Shown here piece by piece: positions 51,215-60,167 of a stretch of DNA of 64,000 nt. Source of the DNA: Thermoanaerobaculia bacterium (GTDB lineage: Bacteria > Acidobacteriota > Thermoanaerobaculia > Gp7-AA8); assembly GCA_035627015.1 (NCBI GenBank), contig DASPMO010000154.1, positions 3,537 to 67,536 on the forward strand, read 5' to 3'. Each line of letters opens with the position of its first letter. Position 1 is the stretch's first letter. Both the position numbers and the translations under genes were made by a program. The notes under the pieces were generated by a model that was not told where the DNA came from, did no database searches, and saw only the letters and a program-made list of their open reading frames with translations.

Positions 51215-52128
51215 ATGCAGCGGTCATCGGTGCGTCCCGTCAGATTTCCATCGCGCGCGTGCCGGTGCCGCGGCCTGCCGCGAACGAGGTGCGCATCGCC
51301 GTCGAAGGCTCGGGCGTCTGCGCGTCGAGCCTGCCGCTGTGGCAGGGACGGGATTGGTTCCACTACCCGGCCGCTCCCGGCGCGCCGGGACACGAGGGAT
51401 GGGGCATCATCGACGCGGTGGGCAGCGATGTCCGCGACCTGAAGCGCGGCCAGCGCGTGGCGTTCCTGTCGAACAACGCGTTCGCGGAGCTCGACGTCGC
51501 GCCCGCGGACGGCGTGGTGGTTCTCCCCGCGGCGCTCGACGGACGCCTCTTCCCCGGCGAGGCCATCGCCTGCGCGATGAATGCCTTTCGCCGGAGCGAC
51601 ATCGCGGCCGGGCAGACGGTGGCGGTGATCGGCATCGGCTTCCTCGGCGCGATCCTGGTGCGCCTGGCCGCGGACGCGGGTGCGCGCGTGATCGCCATCT
51701 CGCGCCGGAAATTCGCGCTCGACCTGGCGCGCGACTTCGGTGCGGAGACCACGATTCCGCTCGACGAGGAGCCGCAAGTCGAGTGCGACCGGGTTATCGA
51801 GGCCACCGGCCTGCAGGGACCGCTCGATCTGGCGGGAAAGATCGTGCGCGAGCGCGGCCGGCTGATCATCGCCGGCTATCACCAGGACGGGCATCGCACC
51901 GTCGACATGCAGCTCTGGAACTGGAAGGGGCTGGACGTGGTCAACGCGCACGAGCGGGAGCGCGCGGCGTACGTGCGCGGGATGCACGACGCGGTCGACG
52001 CCGTCACGTCGGGCCGGCTCGACCTCGACCGGCTCTACACTCCGCATCGCTTCTCGAACATCGAGCACGCGTTCCGCGCGCTGGAAGAGCGTCCGGACGG
52101 TTTCGTCAAGGCGGTGGTGACGATATGA
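51211..52128 (+). CDS. zinc-type alcohol dehydrogenase-like (MDR) oxidoreductase
   Basis: ATGA overlap at 51211-51214. GVCASSLPLWQG...PGAPGHEGWGIIDAVG...LKRGQRVA. Rossmann motif: VAVIGIGFLGAILV. Confidence 0.8.
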   Translation: MNAAVIGASRQISIARVPVPRPAANEVRIAVEGSGVCASSLPLWQGRDWFHYPAAPGAPGHEGWGIIDAVGSDVRDLKRGQRVAFLSNNAFAELDVAPADGVVVLPAALDGRLFPGEAIACAMNAFRRSDIAAGQTVAVIGIGFLGAILVRLAADAGARVIAISRRKFALDLARDFGAETTIPLDEEPQVECDRVIEATGLQGPLDLAGKIVRERGRLIIAGYHQDGHRTVDMQLWNWKGLDVVNAHERERAAYVRGMHDAVDAVTSGRLDLDRLYTPHRFSNIEHAFRALEERPDGFVKAVVTI

Positions 52129-53177
52129 GCCGTCCGCGGCTCGGGTTTCTCGGCGTCGGATGGATCGGCCAGCACCGCATGGGCGCGATCGTCGAGAGCG
52201 GCGAAGCGGAGGTTGCGGCCGTCGCCGACGCGAGCCCCGCCCTCGCAGCCGAGGCCGCGGCGACGCTCGCTCCCATGGCGCGCGTCGTGGCGTCGCTGGA
52301 CGAGCTGCTCGCGCTCGACCTCGACGGCATCGTCATCGCCACGCCGAGCGCGCTGCACGCGGAGCAGTGCATCGCCGCGCTGGAGCGCGGGGTGGCGGTC
52401 TTCTGCCAGAAACCGCTGGGACGGTCCGGCGAGGAGACGCACCGCGCCATCGCGGCCGCGCGCAGCGCGGACCGGCTCCTCGGCGTCGATCTCTCCTATC
52501 GCCACACGGCCGCGGTGGAGGCCATGCGCCGCGAGCTCCCGTCCATCGGCGAGCTGTATGCGGCCGATCTCGTCTTTCACAACGCCTACGGCCCCGACAA
52601 GCCGTGGTTCTACGACGCCCGCCAGTCGGGCGGCGGCTGCCTGATCGACCTGGGCATCCACCTCGTCGATCTCGGACTCTGGATGTTCGGCAATCCGCGC
52701 GTGCGCGACGTGCGGGGGCGCCTGTTCGCGAAGGGTGCTCCCTTCGTGCGCGACGGCGCCGCCGTCGAGGACCACGCGCTGCTGGACCTCGAGCTCGAGA
52801 GCGGCGCCGCGATGCGTGTGGCTTGTTCGTGGAACCTCTCCGCCGGCCGCGACGCGGAGATCGGCGCGACGTTCTACGGCACGCGCGGCGCCGTGTCGCT
52901 GCACAACGAGCACGGCTCGTTCTACGACTTCACCGCGGAGCGGTTCGAGAAAACGTCGCGGCGGACGCTGGCCTCCCCTCCCGATGCGTGGGGAGGGCGG
53001 GCGGCGGTGGCGTGGGTGCGGCAGCTGGCGCGCAGCCGTCGCTTCGATGAGTCGATCGCGTCGCTGGAGGAGGTCGCGCGCGTGCTGGACGCGGTGTACG
53101 GGATGCACGAACGTAGGTCGGGCTTCAGCCCGACCAGCCGGGCTGAAGCCCGGCCTACGTTGGAGATCTCCTCGTGA
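52125..53177 (+). CDS. Gfo/Idh/MocA-family oxidoreductase (3' end encoded by a palindromic element)
   Basis: ATGA overlap at 52125-52128. N-terminal Rossmann motif: RLGFLGVGWIGQHR. FCQKPL motif. The last 20 aa or so (RRSGFSPTSRAEARPTLEISS) are read through repeat 53110-53161. Confidence 0.8.
   Translation: MSRPRLGFLGVGWIGQHRMGAIVESGEAEVAAVADASPALAAEAAATLAPMARVVASLDELLALDLDGIVIATPSALHAEQCIAALERGVAVFCQKPLGRSGEETHRAIAAARSADRLLGVDLSYRHTAAVEAMRRELPSIGELYAADLVFHNAYGPDKPWFYDARQSGGGCLIDLGIHLVDLGLWMFGNPRVRDVRGRLFAKGAPFVRDGAAVEDHALLDLELESGAAMRVACSWNLSAGRDAEIGATFYGTRGAVSLHNEHGSFYDFTAERFEKTSRRTLASPPDAWGGRAAVAWVRQLARSRRFDESIASLEEVARVLDAVYGMHERRSGFSPTSRAEARPTLEISS
53110..53161. repeat. REP-like double-hairpin element inside the 3' end of a CDS
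   Basis: Outer stem: AACGTAG (53110-53116) pairs with CTACGTT (53155-53161). Inner hairpins: GGTCGGGC-TTCA-GCCCGACC (53117-53136) and GCCGGGC-TGAA-GCCCGGC (53138-53155). Confidence 0.75.
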
Positions 53178-54232
53178 GGGTGCTCATGACCGCGGACACG
53201 GTCGGCGGCGTGTGGGGCTATTCGCTCGAGCTGGCCCGCGCGCTGGCGCCGCATGGCGTCGAATTCACGATCGCCACGATGGGAGAGCCGGTCTCCGCGG
53301 ACCAGCACGCCGAGGCGGCGGCGCTCGACAACGTGCGCCTCGCCGAGAGCCACTTCCGCCTCGAATGGATGGACGAGCCGTGGCAGGACGTCGACCGCGC
53401 CGGTGACTGGCTGCTCGCGCTGGCGAGCGACACGTCGCCCGACCTCGTGCACCTCAACGGCTACGCGCACGCGGCGCTGCCGTGGAGCGTGCCGCGGCTC
53501 GTGGTCGCGCACTCCTGCGTCTTCTCGTGGTGGCTCGCGGTGCACGGCGAGCCGCCACCGCCGCAATGGTCGACGTACTTTGAACGAGTGCGTGCCGGCC
53601 TCGTGGCCGCCGACCTGCTCGTCGCGCCGTCGTGGGCGATGCTCGACGCGATCCGCTCGATCTACGGCAGCGGCCTGCATGGCCGCGTGATCCATAACTC
53701 GCGCAACGGCGGATACCGCGCCGGGACGAAGGAGCCGTTCATCCTCAGCGCCGGCCGCTTGTGGGACGAGGCCAAGAACGTCGCGCTGCTGACGCGCGTC
53801 GCGCCGTCGCTTTCGTGGCCGGTGCGCGTGGCCGGGGATCCCAAAGAGCGCGACGTCCCGAACGTCGAGTCCCTCGGCCGCCTCACGTCCGCGCAACTGG
53901 CGGAGCAGTACGCCCACGCCTCGATCTACTGCCTCCCCGCGCGCTACGAGCCGTTCGGCCTGACGATTCTCGAGGCGGCGCTGTCGCGCTGCGCGCTCGT
54001 CCTCGGCGACATCGCCAGCCTGCGCGAGATGTGGGACGGCGCCGCCGTCTTCGTCTCGCCTTCCGATGAGGGAGCGCTGCGCGCCGCGCTCGAGGAGTTG
54101 ATCGCCGACCAGCCGCGGCGGGCGGCACTGGCCGAGGCAGCGGCGCGCCGCGCGGACATGTTCGCTCCGCAGACGCTGGCGCGGCGCTACCTGGCCGCAT
54201 ATCAGGAGCTGGCCCAGGAGGTCTTCGCGTGA
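53174..54232 (+). CDS. glycosyltransferase family 4 (GT-B, retaining type)
   Basis: GTG 53174 overlaps the upstream stop (GTGA). LMTADTVGGVWGYSLELARAL. The C-terminal YEPFGLTILEAALSRCALV (E..G...EA) motif is present. Confidence 0.8.
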   Translation: MRVLMTADTVGGVWGYSLELARALAPHGVEFTIATMGEPVSADQHAEAAALDNVRLAESHFRLEWMDEPWQDVDRAGDWLLALASDTSPDLVHLNGYAHAALPWSVPRLVVAHSCVFSWWLAVHGEPPPPQWSTYFERVRAGLVAADLLVAPSWAMLDAIRSIYGSGLHGRVIHNSRNGGYRAGTKEPFILSAGRLWDEAKNVALLTRVAPSLSWPVRVAGDPKERDVPNVESLGRLTSAQLAEQYAHASIYCLPARYEPFGLTILEAALSRCALVLGDIASLREMWDGAAVFVSPSDEGALRAALEELIADQPRRAALAEAAARRADMFAPQTLARRYLAAYQELAQEVFA

Positions 54233-55341
54233 AGATCGTTTTCTTCGTGCACTCGCTGCTCTCCGACTGGAACCATGGCAACGCGCACTTTCTGCGCGGC
54301 GTGGTGACGGAGCTGCTCGAGCGCGGTCACCGCGTCGACGTGTACGAGCCGCACGACGCGTGGAGCCTGGCCAACCTGCTCGCCGACGCCGGACCGGCCG
54401 CGCTGGACGCATTCCAGGCCGCGTATCCGCGCCTGCAGCCGCGGCGCTACGAGCTCGGCTCGCTCGACCTGGAGCGCGCGCTCGACGGCGCCGACCTGGT
54501 CATCGTCCACGAGTGGAACGACCGCGAGCTCGTGGCGCGGGTCGGCCGGCATCGCGCCGCCGGCGGAGGCTTCCGGCTCCTCTTCCACGACACCCATCAC
54601 CGCGCGGTCACGGCGCCCGAGGAGATGGCGGAGTACGACCTGCGGGATTACGACGGCGTGCTCGCCTTCGGCGGGCGGATCCGCGACCTCTACCTCGAGC
54701 GCGGCTGGGCCGCGCGCGCCTGGACGTGGCACGAGGCCGCCGACGTGCGCGTCTTCCACCCGCTGGAGCGCGATGCGGAGGGAGACCTGGTCTGGATCGG
54801 CAACTGGGGGGACGGCGAGCGCAGCGCGGAGCTGGAGACGTTCCTCATCAAACCGGTGCGTGCCCTGCAGCTGATGACGGACGTCCACGGCGTACGCTAT
54901 CCGGAGCACGCCGTCGCGCTGCTGCGGAACAGCGGCATCGCCTATCGCGGCTGGCTGCCGAACTTCCTCGTCCCCGAGGTCTTCGCGCGGCACCGGGTGA
55001 CCGTGCACGTGCCGCGGCGGCCGTACGTCGAGGCGCTGCCGGGGATCCCCACCATTCGCGTGTTCGAGGCGCTGGCGTGCGGCATCCCGCTCGTGTCGGC
55101 GCCGTGGAGCGACGCGGAATCCCTCTTCGCCCCCGGTACCGACTTCCTCGTCGCGCACGATGAAGTCGAAATGACGCGCCAGTTGCGCGCCGTCCTGTTC
55201 GAGAAGGGGCTCGCGGAGTCGCTGCGCGCGCACGGCCTCGAGACCATCCGCGCGCGGCACACGTGCGCGCATCGCGTGGACGAGCTCCTCGCGATCTGCA
55301 AGACCCTGGATGTGAAGGAGAGCGCGGCAATCGCATCATGA
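54229..55341 (+). CDS. CgeB-family-like glycosyltransferase (paralog 1 of 4)
   Basis: GTGA overlap. N-terminus KIVFFVHSLLSDWNHGNAHFLRGVVTELLERGH. C-terminus IRVFEALACGIPLVS...HTCAHRVDELL, which matches the Glyco_trans_1_2/CgeB pattern (RlFEa.aCG). Confidence 0.7.
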   Translation: MKIVFFVHSLLSDWNHGNAHFLRGVVTELLERGHRVDVYEPHDAWSLANLLADAGPAALDAFQAAYPRLQPRRYELGSLDLERALDGADLVIVHEWNDRELVARVGRHRAAGGGFRLLFHDTHHRAVTAPEEMAEYDLRDYDGVLAFGGRIRDLYLERGWAARAWTWHEAADVRVFHPLERDAEGDLVWIGNWGDGERSAELETFLIKPVRALQLMTDVHGVRYPEHAVALLRNSGIAYRGWLPNFLVPEVFARHRVTVHVPRRPYVEALPGIPTIRVFEALACGIPLVSAPWSDAESLFAPGTDFLVAHDEVEMTRQLRAVLFEKGLAESLRAHGLETIRARHTCAHRVDELLAICKTLDVKESAAIAS

Positions 55342-56399
55342 AGATCGCATTTTTCGGCTCGAGTCTCGTCTCCGCGTACTGGAACGGCGCGGCCACCTAC
55401 TACCGCGGCATCGTGCGCGCGCTTCACGGGCGCGGCCACGAGGTCACCTTCTACGAGCCCGACGCCTTCGGGCGGCAGCAGCATCGCGACATCGACGATC
55501 CCGACTGGGCGCGCGTGGTGGTCTATGCGGGCGAAGGAACCGACGGCGTCACCGCCGCGCTCGACGACGCGCGGCACGCCGACGTGGTGGTGAAGGCCAG
55601 CGGCGTGGGAGTGTTCGACGAGCTCCTGGAGCGCGAGGTGCTGGCGCTGCAGGACGGGCGGCGCGGCGTGATCTTCTGGGACGTCGACGCGCCGGCCACG
55701 CTCGACCGCCTGGACCGCAATCCGGACGATCCGTTCCGCGCGCTGGTGCCGAAATATGACCTCGTCTTCACGTACGGCGGCGGCCAGCCGGTGGTGAGCG
55801 CGTACCAAAATCACGGCGCGCGGCGCTGCGTCCCGATCTACAACGCGCTCGATCCGTCGACGCATCATCCGGTCGAGCGCGACGCGCGCTTCGAGTCGGA
55901 GATCTCCTTCCTCGGCAACCGCCTCCCCGACCGCGAGTCGCGCGTCGACGAGTTCTTCTTCCGCGCCGCGGCGGCCTCCCCCTCCTGCCGCTTCCTCCTG
56001 GCCGGCGCGGGGTGGGACGACAAGCCGCGCCCGGAGAACGTGAGCTACATCGGCCATCTCTTCACCGCCGACCACAATGCCTTCAACTGCACGCCGCGGG
56101 CGGTGCTGAACATCAGCCGCGAGAGCATGGCCCGCTACGGCTTCTCGCCCGCCACGCGCGTGTTCGAGGCGGCGGGAGCGGCGGCGTGCGTGGTCACCGA
56201 TGCCTGGCCGGGCATCGAGCTGTTCCTCGAGCCGGGGAAAGAGGTGCTCGTGGCCGGCGACGGGCTGGAGGTCGCGGCCCTGGCCTGCGAGCTCACGCCG
56301 GAGCGGGCCGCGTCGATCGGGCACGCCGCGTACCGGCGGGTCATGGCCGAGCACACGTACGATCACCGCGCCGCGCAGGTGGAGGCGATCCTGTCATGA
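55338..56399 (+). CDS. CgeB-family-like glycosyltransferase (paralog 2 of 4)
   Basis: ATGA overlap. MKIAFFGSSLVSAYWNGAATYYRGIVRALHGRGH. TRVFEAAGAAACVVTD...HTYDHRAAQVE. Confidence 0.7.
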   Translation: MKIAFFGSSLVSAYWNGAATYYRGIVRALHGRGHEVTFYEPDAFGRQQHRDIDDPDWARVVVYAGEGTDGVTAALDDARHADVVVKASGVGVFDELLEREVLALQDGRRGVIFWDVDAPATLDRLDRNPDDPFRALVPKYDLVFTYGGGQPVVSAYQNHGARRCVPIYNALDPSTHHPVERDARFESEISFLGNRLPDRESRVDEFFFRAAAASPSCRFLLAGAGWDDKPRPENVSYIGHLFTADHNAFNCTPRAVLNISRESMARYGFSPATRVFEAAGAAACVVTDAWPGIELFLEPGKEVLVAGDGLEVAALACELTPERAASIGHAAYRRVMAEHTYDHRAAQVEAILS

Positions 56400-57487
56400 A
56401 GATCGTGATCCTCGGCCTCTCGATCACCTCTTCCTGGGGGAACGGGCACGCCACGACGTACCGCGCGCTCGTGCGCGAGCTCGCCGCGCGCGGACACGAG
56501 ATCACGTTCCTCGAGCGCGACGTGCCGTGGTACGCGGCCCACCGCGACCTGCGCAAGCCGCCGTACTGCGCCACGCATCTCTACGGCTCCCTCGCCGCGC
56601 TGAAGCGCCGCTTCCGCGGGCTCGTGCGCGACGCGGACGCGGTCATCGTCGGGTCGTACGTCCCCGAGGGGATCGCGGCCGGCGAATGGGTCGTCTCGAC
56701 GGCGAACGGCGTGACCGCCTTCTACGACATCGACACGCCCGTGACCATGGCCGCGCTGGAGCGCGGCCAGTGCGAGTACCTCGCGCCGGAGCTCATCCCG
56801 CGCTATGACCTCTATCTCTCGTTCACGGGCGGGCCGATCCTCGACCGCATCGAGCGGCAGTACGGCTCGCCGGCGGCGCTGCCGCTGTATTGCTCGGTGG
56901 ATCCTGCGCTCTATTTTCCGGAGCGGATCGATCGCGACTACGACCTCGGCTACCTCGGCACGTACAGTGACGACCGCCAGCCCACGCTGCGGCGGCTCCT
57001 GCTGCAGGCCGCCACGCGCTGGCGCGACGGAAAGTTCGTCGTGGCCGGGCCGCAGTATCCGGAGACGATCCGCTGGCCGAAGAACGTGACGCGCATCGAC
57101 CACATCCCCCCCGACCAGCACCGCGCCTTCTACAACGCGCAGCGCTTCACGCTGAACGTCACGCGCGCGGCGATGATCCAGGCCGGCTACGCGCCGTCGG
57201 TGCGCCTCTTCGAGGCCGCCGCCTGCGGCGTGCCGATCATCAGCGACGCGTGGCCCGGGCTGGAGACGATCTTCGAGCCGGGACGGGAGATCCTCGTCGC
57301 GCGCACCACCGAGGACGCGCTGGCGTATGCGCGGGAGATGGACGAGCGCGAGCGGCACCAGGTCGGCAAGCGCGCGCGGCAGCGCGTGCTGCGCGAGCAC
57401 ACCGCCGCCCATCGCGCCGCGGAGCTGGAGTCGCACCTCTTCCATGATCGTCTACGGCGACAACCGGCGCACGTGGTCGCTCGCTGA
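56396..57487 (+). CDS. CgeB-family-like glycosyltransferase (paralog 3 of 4)
   Basis: ATGA overlap. MKIVILGLSITSSWGNGHATTYRALVRELAARGH. VRLFEAAACGVPIISD...HTAAHRAAELE. The 3' end overlaps the next CDS by 44 nt. Confidence 0.7.
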   Translation: MKIVILGLSITSSWGNGHATTYRALVRELAARGHEITFLERDVPWYAAHRDLRKPPYCATHLYGSLAALKRRFRGLVRDADAVIVGSYVPEGIAAGEWVVSTANGVTAFYDIDTPVTMAALERGQCEYLAPELIPRYDLYLSFTGGPILDRIERQYGSPAALPLYCSVDPALYFPERIDRDYDLGYLGTYSDDRQPTLRRLLLQAATRWRDGKFVVAGPQYPETIRWPKNVTRIDHIPPDQHRAFYNAQRFTLNVTRAAMIQAGYAPSVRLFEAAACGVPIISDAWPGLETIFEPGREILVARTTEDALAYAREMDERERHQVGKRARQRVLREHTAAHRAAELESHLFHDRLRRQPAHVVAR

Positions 57488-58868
57488 GCTCCTGGCGCTG
57501 CGCGATCCGACGTCCCGGCTGATCGCCGCGGGCGAGGTCGCGCAGGCGCTGGCGGATGCGGCGGGATCGCACTTGCCGGAGCTCGACGCACTGCTATTGG
57601 GACCTGCTGTCATCCTGAGCCGCGCAGACGGCGAAGGATCCCCTGATTCAGGCGCGGGCAGCGTTGCCCGCGGGGGGTCCTTCGCCGTCTGCGCGGCTCA
57701 GGATGACAGCTTGCCCGACTCCATCGAGGTGAAGGAGCCGGAAGGCTACGCCTTCTACGCCGTCTACCCGGAGCTGTACGTGAAGGCCGCGGAAGCGGTG
57801 CGGCACCTTGCGTCGTCGTGGACGGTGATCGGTATCCGCAGCATCGGCACCAGTCTCGGCGCGGCCGTCGCGGCGGCGCTGCCAAACGCCCGGTTCGTCA
57901 CGGTGCGTCCCACCGGCCATCCCTACGCGCGCGAGCTGCATCCGTCGCCCTACGAAGAGAGCGTGCTCGCGCAGCCGGCAGGTGCGTACGCGATCGTCGA
58001 CGAAGGTCCCGGCCTCTCCGGCAGCTCCTTCGCCGCCGTCGCGCAGTGGCTCGAACGCCGCGGCGTGCCGCGCGGGCGCATGGTGTTCTTCCCCAGTCAC
58101 GCGGGCGAGCCGGGGCGGATGGCGTCGGAGGAGACGCGGGCGCTCTGGCGCGACATTCGGAAATCGTTCGTCGACTTCCAGTCGCTCGGTTTGTTCGAAG
58201 GTGCACGCGAGCTGCACGGCGGCAGCCGCCGGAAATACCGGCTCGACGACCGGCTGGCCAAGTTCAACGGCCTCGGCGTCCGCGGCGACGAGATGTACGC
58301 GCGCGCGTGCGAGCTCGCCGAAGCCGGCTTCGCGCCACCGGTCACAGGCCGGCACCGCGGCTTCCTCCTCACACGCTGGCTGGAGCAGTCCCATCCCGTC
58401 CACGTGCTGCCGTCGACGGTGGCGCGCTACCTCGCCTTCCGCAACGACGAGTGGCCTGCAACGCGCGGCGGCGCGAGCGCGCAGCAGCTCGCCGAGATGG
58501 CGCGCTTCAATGCCGGCCTCGACCTCTCCGCGTATGTCACCGAGGTGGAAGACACCGCCCGCCGCGTCGTCACCGACAACAAGCTGCACGCCGAGGAGTG
58601 GATCGCCGCGCCCGACGGCACGATCCTCAAGTGCGACGGCGTCGACCATCACGCGGCGCACGATCTCATCGGCTGCCAGGACCTCGCCTGGGACCTGGCG
58701 GGAGCGAGGGTGGAGCTGGGGCTCGACGTCACCGACTCCGTCGCACGCATGACCGGCCGGAGCTGGTCTCCGCGCGTGCTGCACTTTTACACCGTCTGTT
58801 ATCGCGCGTTCTGGTACGGCTTTCATACGCTGCATGGAAATACGGAAGCAGCGGCACGCTACACCTGA
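57444..58868 (+). CDS. hypothetical protein; C-terminal half weakly kinase/phosphotransferase-like; carries an in-frame palindromic element
   Basis: Trimmed to ATG 57444. GC3-rich codons occur both before and after the repeat at 57607-57709. The C-terminal KLHAEEWIAAPDGTILKCDGVDHHAAHDLIGCQDLAWDLAG loosely resembles an APH-type catalytic loop. Confidence 0.55.
   Translation: MIVYGDNRRTWSLAELLALRDPTSRLIAAGEVAQALADAAGSHLPELDALLLGPAVILSRADGEGSPDSGAGSVARGGSFAVCAAQDDSLPDSIEVKEPEGYAFYAVYPELYVKAAEAVRHLASSWTVIGIRSIGTSLGAAVAAALPNARFVTVRPTGHPYARELHPSPYEESVLAQPAGAYAIVDEGPGLSGSSFAAVAQWLERRGVPRGRMVFFPSHAGEPGRMASEETRALWRDIRKSFVDFQSLGLFEGARELHGGSRRKYRLDDRLAKFNGLGVRGDEMYARACELAEAGFAPPVTGRHRGFLLTRWLEQSHPVHVLPSTVARYLAFRNDEWPATRGGASAQQLAEMARFNAGLDLSAYVTEVEDTARRVVTDNKLHAEEWIAAPDGTILKCDGVDHHAAHDLIGCQDLAWDLAGARVELGLDVTDSVARMTGRSWSPRVLHFYTVCYRAFWYGFHTLHGNTEAAARYT
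57607..57709. repeat. MITE/REP-like inverted repeat inside an ORF
   Basis: The left arm CTGTCATCCTGAGCCGCGCAGACGGCGAAGGATCCCC (57607-57643) and the right arm GGGGTCCTTCGCCGTCTGCGCGGCTCAGGATGACAG (57674-57709) are near-perfect reverse complements, separated by about 30 nt. Confidence 0.8.
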
Positions 58869-58871
58869 TTT

Positions 58872-58941
58872 TGTTGCTGGTTGCTGGTTGCTGGTTCAAG
58901 GCCGTGCATTGCCTTGAACCAGCAACCAGTAACCAGCAACA
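58872..58941. terminator. 31-bp-stem hairpin between convergent genes (likely bidirectional terminator or REP)
   Basis: TGTTGCTGGTTGCTGGTTGCTGGTTCAAGGC (58872-58902) pairs with GCCTTGAACCAGCAACCAGTAACCAGCAACA (58911-58941), with one mismatch. The arm contains a 3x TTGCTGG tandem. The hairpin lies between the stop at 58868 (+) and the stop at 58949 (-). No T-tract follows. Confidence 0.6.
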
Positions 58942-58948
58942 TCCCCCG

Positions 58949-59290
58949 TCACTCCCAGTGCGCCGTGAACGACAGCACATCCGACAGCGTGGCGTCGAAA
59001 TCGCCGCGGAAGCAGACCGCGCGGTCGTCGACGAACACGTGTGCGGCCGGCTTGCGGTCCGTGACCTCGTCCACGTAGCTCCCGAGGCCGTGCTCGTCGA
59101 GCCAGCGCCGCGCGTCGGCGGCCCAGCGCGTCGTGAAGATCACGACGCGGAAGCCGTGATCCCGCAGGGACCGGAGAAACGATTCCGCGCCGTCGCGCGG
59201 CGGGTCCCAGTGCTCCGGGCCGCGCCAGCCGGTGTACGCGTCGAGCACGCCGTTCAGGTCGACGCAGACGACCGGACGCCCGTCACACAT
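58949..59290 (-). CDS. small HAD-superfamily-like phosphatase
   Basis: VVCVDLNGVLD fits HAD motif I (DxDG/N.L). VVIFTTR fits motif II. VFVDDR fits motif IV. 113 aa. Confidence 0.6.
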   Translation of the reverse strand: MCDGRPVVCVDLNGVLDAYTGWRGPEHWDPPRDGAESFLRSLRDHGFRVVIFTTRWAADARRWLDEHGLGSYVDEVTDRKPAAHVFVDDRAVCFRGDFDATLSDVLSFTAHWE

Positions 59291-60167
59291 ACCTCTTCGT
59301 CATCCGCGCGCAGAAGTCGGCAAATTCCTCCACGCGCTGCGGGGGGCTGGTGTGGTGCGCGCGCAGTCCGCACGACTCCGGCGTGAAGCAATACGTCAGC
59401 GTCACGTCGAAATCCTCCAGCGCCTTCATCTGCCGGTCGAACCACTGCTCGGCGTTGGGGCGATGGCTGTCCGCCCAGCTCAAGCCGGTGCGGAGCTGGC
59501 GCACGCCGAGCTCCTTCAGCAGCTTCACCGACGCGTCCAGCCGCGGGTCTTCGAAGTGAAACCACTGGCAGATCCCGAGGTCCGGTGCGAACTCGCGGAA
59601 CTTGTCGAAAGCCAGCTTCGGCGTGCCGTCCTCGCGCAGGAGGCCCATGTAGAAGTGCCGGTAATAGGACGACCCCTCGGCCTCGCGATGCCGGGTCGTG
59701 GCCGGCCACGCGCGCGGCAGGTCGTGCAGGCTGTACCAGTGGATGCGGTCCGCTTTTCCGATCAGCAGCTTCGCCGTCCGTTCCAGCCCGAACTCCTGGA
59801 CCTCCTCGGCGCCGAACGACGACACGCCCGCCTCGCTGACCCACAGCGGGAGGTCGGTCACGGCGCGGATCTCGTCGAGCTTCGCCGGCCACTCGTGAAT
59901 CTGCCAGTGGTTCCAGTCGAGCGGGAACCCGTGCACGGCCACGACGTCGATGCAGTCGATCACTCCCTGCCGTTTCATCCGGTCGATGAACGTCGGATCG
60001 ATCGGCGAGATCCCGCCGAGGACCCGCAGGACCTCGCGGTTCTCGGAGCGGATCGCATCGGACGCGGCGCGCACCATGTCCGAGAAGATCTTCCATTCCG
60101 GATCGAGCTCGAAGTCCCAGTGCGAGAGGTTGTTCGGCTCGTTCCACAGCATGATCGCCTCGATCAT
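59283..60167 (-). CDS. glycoside-hydrolase-like TIM-barrel protein (clan GH-A motifs in apparently permuted order)
   Basis: Trimmed to ATG 60167 (ATGA overlap with the upstream stop at 60164). MLWNEPNN (the acid/base NEP motif) lies at the extreme N-terminus. VAVHGF and LWVSEAG (nucleophile-like) follow. LGVRQLRTGLSWAD...FADFCARMTKRY is at the C-terminus. Confidence 0.55.
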   Translation of the reverse strand: MIEAIMLWNEPNNLSHWDFELDPEWKIFSDMVRAASDAIRSENREVLRVLGGISPIDPTFIDRMKRQGVIDCIDVVAVHGFPLDWNHWQIHEWPAKLDEIRAVTDLPLWVSEAGVSSFGAEEVQEFGLERTAKLLIGKADRIHWYSLHDLPRAWPATTRHREAEGSSYYRHFYMGLLREDGTPKLAFDKFREFAPDLGICQWFHFEDPRLDASVKLLKELGVRQLRTGLSWADSHRPNAEQWFDRQMKALEDFDVTLTYCFTPESCGLRAHHTSPPQRVEEFADFCARMTKRYV

